Part shown: in pieces, positions 34,661 through 38,487 of the stretch
How positions within the stretch are numbered: position 1 is the stretch's first letter
Layout: each line of letters opens with the position of its first letter
Virus record (IMG/VR): IMGVR_UViG_3300012919_000017
Span: 1-38,487 of that record
Source of the DNA: a virus
Taxonomy: Duplodnaviria > Caudoviricetes
Strand: one strand, 5' to 3'
Length of the DNA stretch: 38,487 nucleotides
Notes under the pieces: model-generated
What the model was told of the DNA's origin: nothing
Databases searched by the model: none
What the model saw: only the letters and a program-made list of their open reading frames with translations
Translations under genes and position numbers: made by a program

Positions 34661-34827
34661 TCTTCCTCCGCAGGAGTTTCTTCATCACTTTGTTCTTCAA
34701 TTTGTTCTAGGACATCAATAGCACCCAACACTTTTAATAATGTTGTGCGATTACTTTCCAAACTTTGTTCTAGTTGTGTTTTTTGTTCTTTTAAATTTTT
34801 AAGAACATCAGCATTACTAAGAGCCAT
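34657..34827 (-). CDS. Small acidic coiled-coil protein (56 aa), missing from the ORF track
   Basis: MALSNADVLKNLKEQKTQLEQSLESNRTTLLKVLGAIDVLEQIEEQSDEETPAEEE. AGGAG Shine-Dalgarno upstream; ATGA overlap with the next gene; fills the gap exactly. Confidence 0.8.
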   Translation of the reverse strand: MALSNADVLKNLKEQKTQLEQSLESNRTTLLKVLGAIDVLEQIEEQSDEETPAEEE

Positions 34828-35416
34828 GAATAACTATCTCCTTTAGAATTTTTTTGTAGCGTTGTACATCTATATTTAGGAAGGGTTTATATTTTTTAAT
34901 TTTCATACTAACGGTTTCCCACACAGGATCGTTTAGTTTCTTGTCCCATTCCTTCACATACCCTAATATTATATCACATATTACCATAGTTTCAAGTGAT
35001 ATTTTCCCTCCCAAATATTCTTTCAAAATATCTGGATGCCTTGACCCATCAATATGAAACATAGCATCAAAATTATTATCAGCAAAAACAGAACTAGTTT
35101 CTTCCTTAAAATTATATGAGAGAGACTCCACTTTCTTTTTCCAATCAATATATCTTGCCTCTCCATTCTTTATCATATCACCAATCCACATCGTCGCAGG
35201 ATCAGTGGTGCTAATAAAATTAGATACAAAAAACTCTTCTACTTCTTTATCATTTTTTGATCTTGCAAATTTCTCAAACCAAAATCTATCCTTTCTTTTA
35301 TAGAAAGCTTGTTTGGTTGCTCTTGTCTTGCCACGATACTTGATGTAATCGTAATGGTCTTTAGTAAAGTGGTTTTTTAACGAAAGATAACAACGGTAGG
35401 CATCAAAGGCCATCAT
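34817..35416 (-). CDS. gp59: Helicase loader gp59
   Basis: 199 aa. AY..YLSLKNHFT...YDY.KY.GK.RA....F.KRKDR.WFEK...ISLET...KY.PF. Confidence 0.92.
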   Translation of the reverse strand: MMAFDAYRCYLSLKNHFTKDHYDYIKYRGKTRATKQAFYKRKDRFWFEKFARSKNDKEVEEFFVSNFISTTDPATMWIGDMIKNGEARYIDWKKKVESLSYNFKEETSSVFADNNFDAMFHIDGSRHPDILKEYLGGKISLETMVICDIILGYVKEWDKKLNDPVWETVSMKIKKYKPFLNIDVQRYKKILKEIVIHGS

Positions 35417-35417
35417 T

Positions 35418-35684
35418 TCATAAAGGTAATTTTGCTCGTGAACTTCTCTTTAGAAAGTTCAATTCTTGTGCTTCGTACTTAAGTTTTTCCTTAAGTGGTT
35501 TAGATATTAATTTTGGAACAGACTCGACATCAATACTATTCTGGTCACAGAAGTAAACGATAGCATCAATATAATTCATGTCCTTATTAACTTGCACCAG
35601 ACTTTCTATCTCTTGTGCAAATCTAGCAGGACAAAAGAACTTGCTCTCCAATATTTTTTCTAATTCATTAACTTGTTTTTTCAT
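35418..35684 (-). CDS. gp33: Late-transcription coactivator gp33
   Basis: FAQEIE.LV......YIDAIV.FC..N.I..ESVPKLISKPLKEKLK.EA.ELNFLK. Likely start ATG 35684 (the track uses TTG 35702). Confidence 0.9.
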   Translation of the reverse strand: MKKQVNELEKILESKFFCPARFAQEIESLVQVNKDMNYIDAIVYFCDQNSIDVESVPKLISKPLKEKLKYEAQELNFLKRSSRAKLPL

Positions 35685-36348
35685 TAGTGTTGTTAGTAAC
35701 AAATTCTTTAATATAACGAACTAGAAGTTTAATATAGTCTTCTTTGTTCCGTTTGTCAAATACTTTTACCTCACCACCAGGTGTTACCATAATAGTGATT
35801 AGTTTTTTGACAGGTATCTCAGTTAGTTCATAATATGCAGCAGCATAGAAAGTCTCCTGTACAAAATAGTTTTCTAACCATTTCTCAGGTTTAATCTTTT
35901 CAGATGTCTTAAAGTCTATGACTGCTAGTTCTCCTTCATACTCAGCAATACAATCAACTCTACCTGCTAATCCAAGATACTCTGAGTAAAGTGTCCTCTC
36001 AATAGCATGTACATTATCAATCTTATCTAAGTATGGTTTGGCATGATGAAACATAAACTGAGTTGCAGGTTTAAACTGACTCCAATCTATTTCATTGTTC
36101 CTCATATATACTTCCACTGCTTCATGAAAGTCTGTGCCACGGGTAGTTGCCTTTTTAGTAATACGATTTGCCTCCTCAATACCAACTCGCTTACGCCAGT
36201 TAATAAAGATTTGTCTATTATAAAAAGAAGTCACTGATGTAATAGAAGGAACCCACTGACCATCAGGTAGATGATACAGTCGGCAGCCAGGAGTTTCTTT
36301 CTTCTCTAATTCAAGATCACCTAAGAAATTATGATGAGTAAAGGTCAT
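35668..36348 (-). CDS. PD-(D/E)XK exonuclease (RecB/Cas4-like phage exonuclease)
   Basis: 226 aa. PSITSV...RGT.FH...E..LYS..LGLAGRVDCIAEY.G.L.VIDFKTS...Q...YA. Confidence 0.88.
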   Translation of the reverse strand: MTFTHHNFLGDLELEKKETPGCRLYHLPDGQWVPSITSVTSFYNRQIFINWRKRVGIEEANRITKKATTRGTDFHEAVEVYMRNNEIDWSQFKPATQFMFHHAKPYLDKIDNVHAIERTLYSEYLGLAGRVDCIAEYEGELAVIDFKTSEKIKPEKWLENYFVQETFYAAAYYELTEIPVKKLITIMVTPGGEVKVFDKRNKEDYIKLLVRYIKEFVTNNTNEKTS

Positions 36349-37103
36349 AAATTAAGTTCCATTTTTGCGAGTATATACTCTTTGACTAAACCAGAACGAA
36401 CAATATCCTCAACACCAAATTCTACAATGTCAACTGAAGACATCATACGAAGGACTCTCATAAAATCATGAATACCGTTTCTTTCATTCTGCTTGATAAG
36501 GTCAGTTTGAGTGGCATCTCCACAGAACATAATTTTAGATCTATCACCAACCCTTGTCATTATACTATCTAATTCATGATAATTCAAGTTTTGAAATTCA
36601 TCTACTATAATAATAGACTTATCAAAAGTAGTTCCACGAATGAATGATGTACTCCAAAAATCAATAGTTCCTTGTGCTTTTAAATTACCATAGAGCATTT
36701 CAAAGTCTGCTTCTGTAGGCAATTCAAACATGTACTTTACCATATGTTTGTATGGTATTTGATACAAGAAAGATTTATCATCATGGTCGCCAGGTAAGAA
36801 ACCAATCTCACGAGTAGCAACAAGTGATCTTACAATATAGATTTTTTCATAAGGAGTTGTTTGATCTAAAACATCACAAAGAGCATTATATAACGTGATG
36901 AAAGTTTTACCTGTTCCTGCACATCCATATGCAACAACATTTTTACCTACATCATATGATTCAAACAATGTTTTCTGGTTCTCAGTGAGAGGTTCTATCT
37001 CTCTCATCAAATCAGAATTTAATGGTTTCTTTCTCTTCATCTGTTTGGCCGACATACTTAGACCCACCCCAATTGGATCTGATGTTTTCTTTTTACGTGG
37101 CAT
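36345..37103 (-). CDS. phoH: PhoH-like ATPase
   Basis: 252 aa. G.AGTGKT Walker A, REIGFLPG, SFIRG.T, IVDEFQN, GD..Q.DL, DIVRSGLV. Confidence 0.95.
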   Translation of the reverse strand: MPRKKKTSDPIGVGLSMSAKQMKRKKPLNSDLMREIEPLTENQKTLFESYDVGKNVVAYGCAGTGKTFITLYNALCDVLDQTTPYEKIYIVRSLVATREIGFLPGDHDDKSFLYQIPYKHMVKYMFELPTEADFEMLYGNLKAQGTIDFWSTSFIRGTTFDKSIIIVDEFQNLNYHELDSIMTRVGDRSKIMFCGDATQTDLIKQNERNGIHDFMRVLRMMSSVDIVEFGVEDIVRSGLVKEYILAKMELNL

Positions 37104-37105
37104 AA

Positions 37106-37402
37106 TTAATCAACATCAAAGGCAGATTGAGTAGAAGATTCGTAAGAACCTCTTTTAGCTAAGCGTCCAGAGATACCTCCAGACTTTTCAGCTTTCTTCA
37201 GAACTTCCCCCCATCCAGGATTTTTATTAACAAGTTTATCTCTCCACTCACCAACCTCAACACCTAAACTTGGAGAATTTTCAGGAGTGAAATATCGTTG
37301 CCAATTAGGATTGTCAGTCTTCCACTGATCCCAATCATGAACGCTCATTGACACTTCTTTTTGTTCACCAGTTTCTTTATTAATAACAGGGTATGTGGCC
37401 AT
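37106..37402 (-). CDS. Conserved cyanophage hypothetical protein (FmdB-like position upstream of phoH)
   Basis: 98 aa. MATYPVINKETGEQKEV...WDQWK.DNP.W...PGW.EVL.K. Confidence 0.75.
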   Translation of the reverse strand: MATYPVINKETGEQKEVSMSVHDWDQWKTDNPNWQRYFTPENSPSLGVEVGEWRDKLVNKNPGWGEVLKKAEKSGGISGRLAKRGSYESSTQSAFDVD

Positions 37403-37422
37403 ATGAATACAATATTGGATAG

Positions 37423-38070
37423 TTATTTAGCCCATTCAAGAGCTTCTGCGACAACTGGAAATTGTTCGGTAAATATCCTGCGAACTCCTTCTGCCACATC
37501 CATGTGTTCTTTCTGTGTTCCATGTGCAGAACGCAAATCAATATAGTGTATCCATGAACGTACACTACCAGTCATATACAAACGTGTTGGTGTTGCAAGT
37601 GGTAATACAAATCTAGCACACTCCTTTGCAATACCTGCATCCAACATCTCTTTATACAAATGCATTCCATCAACAAAATGTCTTTGCATTTTAATCTCAA
37701 AGTCTTGTTGCATTAATGGGTCTATATCATCAATACTATTCTGTCTGTTCTTATCATCCTGACGACGTAGTTTAGGTAGAGGAATACTATCTCCTAACAA
37801 ACTACTATCAGCATACCTCTGAGAGAACTCTTGATATGTGAATGATCTATGGCGTAGTATCTGTGCCGCAAGTCCTCTAGTAGTATTGATTTCTACAGTC
37901 ATGAATGCTTGTTCAAAGACACTCCAATGACCATGCTTAATACAATACTTCAACAACCCAGATACATTAGGATTGTCTTGGTTCTTAGGATTAGATACAC
38001 GAGCAACATATCCCATATGTTGTTCAGCATCAGGTGTAGCACTGACTAATTTAATCTGAGTATCCATCAC
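37423..38070 (-). CDS. thyX: FAD-dependent thymidylate synthase
   Basis: 215 aa. HWSVFE; RHRSFTYQEFSQRY (ThyX RHRx7S motif); KECARFVLP; TQKEH. Confidence 0.96.
   Translation of the reverse strand: MMDTQIKLVSATPDAEQHMGYVARVSNPKNQDNPNVSGLLKYCIKHGHWSVFEQAFMTVEINTTRGLAAQILRHRSFTYQEFSQRYADSSLLGDSIPLPKLRRQDDKNRQNSIDDIDPLMQQDFEIKMQRHFVDGMHLYKEMLDAGIAKECARFVLPLATPTRLYMTGSVRSWIHYIDLRSAHGTQKEHMDVAEGVRRIFTEQFPVVAEALEWAK
37424..37430 (-). promoter_or_regulatory. Late promoter CTAAATA in the last codons of thyX
   Basis: 22 nt upstream of ATG 37402. Confidence 0.55.
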
Positions 38071-38073
38071 TTA

Positions 38074-38331
38074 TTAAATCTCACTAGATCTTCTGTCTAT
38101 GTCTGTCATAGTTTGACTAGACATAAAATACTTCTTAATTATATCTATTTGGTCTTGATATTTTGCAATTATATCTATTTCTTTTTCTATAGATTCTAGG
38201 ATATCAGTGTGTTCACCAACACCTGCAGGATTTTCTAGATATACTTCAACATTTGCTTTGTGTTTTGCAATATCACCTTGAGCATGTGCTATCAATGCTC
38301 TTAAGATTTGCTCACGCATATGTAGTGCCAT
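38074..38331 (-). CDS. Conserved marine phage hypothetical protein
   Basis: 85 aa. HA.G.I.KH.ANVEVYL.NPAGVGEH.DI.E.IE.E; directly downstream of a sigma70 promoter. Confidence 0.8.
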   Translation of the reverse strand: MALHMREQILRALIAHAQGDIAKHKANVEVYLENPAGVGEHTDILESIEKEIDIIAKYQDQIDIIKKYFMSSQTMTDIDRRSSEI

Positions 38332-38352
38332 AACTTACACTCTTTTTTTAAA

Positions 38353-38381
38353 ATTATACATTAAAAAAGGGGGTATGTAAA
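38353..38381 (-). promoter_or_regulatory. Sigma70-type early promoter overlapping a terminator
   Basis: TTTACA(38381-38376)-17 nt-TATAAT(38358-38353). Confidence 0.8.
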
Positions 38382-38391
38382 CCCCCTTTTT
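38363..38391 (-). terminator. Rho-independent terminator (potentially bidirectional)
   Basis: AAAAAGGGGGT-N6-ACCCCCTTTTT perfect inverted repeat, right after the stop at 38395. Confidence 0.9.
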
Positions 38392-38394
38392 ATA

Positions 38395-38487
38395 TTAACT
38401 GCAAGGAACTGCCTTGCTCTTCACTTTGATGCCTCGATACATTAGATCGAAGTTCCTGTTCTTTGCTGCTTCAGCAAGAACTCTTCT
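38395..38487 (-). CDS. C-terminal part of a DUF4278-like small protein (partial)
   Basis: Hand translation RRVLAEAAKNRNFDLMYRGIKVKSKAVPCS*. The 'LMYRG' motif is typical of DUF4278; followed by a terminator. Confidence 0.6.
   Translation of the reverse strand, partial: RRVLAEAAKNRNFDLMYRGIKVKSKAVPCS

Noticed and set aside
35668-36348. Cas4-like nuclease as a sign of a CRISPR system
   Set aside because: There is no repeat-spacer array or other cas gene; this is the usual phage exonuclease next to phoH and gp33.
1257-37565. Same-strand alternate-frame ORFs (1257..1487, 2352..2546, 6275..6601, 12496..12711, 20551..20742, 22882..23100, 37380..37565)
   Set aside because: They are nested in real genes, have the L/V/Q-rich composition typical of off-frame reading, and show no slippery site or RBS linking them.
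36345-38070. Introns or inteins in thyX or phoH
   Set aside because: Both ORFs are continuous and of normal length, with no splicing motifs.
1-38487. tRNA, rRNA or CRISPR arrays
   Set aside because: Intergenic gaps are nearly all under 60 bp, and no cloverleaf or repeat-spacer pattern was seen by eye; a tRNAscan/Infernal run would be needed to exclude them formally.

Overview
A 38.5-kb, AT-rich segment of a T4-like marine cyanophage (Kyanoviridae-type myovirus). A Prochlorococcus/Synechococcus host is inferred from the gene content. Bases 1-30.4 kb are a minus-strand late block: a gp54/gp19-like tube initiator, gp26/gp51, two paralogous tape-measure-like genes, a gp27-like hub, a CP12-like ORF, a gp5 function spread over several genes, a 1978-aa virion protein and a chain of modular tail-fibre/adhesin genes. 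A plus-strand island holds gp4, gp2-like, gp48 and gp53. A minus-strand replication/auxiliary block holds gp32, DUF1825, gp59, gp33, an exonuclease, phoH, thyX and a partial DUF4278-like gene. The most notable signals are: (1) a T-TTT-TTC slippery site that joins gp26 to gp51 in the -1 frame, matching a lambda G/GT or P2 E/E+E' tail-chaperone frameshift; (2) a fibre system in which a shared C-terminal domain is followed by different tip genes; (3) a precisely inserted domain with an amicyanin-like type-1 copper motif in a fibre; (4) a His-rich CP12-like gene inside the baseplate operon; (5) several dual-use regulatory elements. All family assignments come from motif recognition and synteny; no database searches were run.
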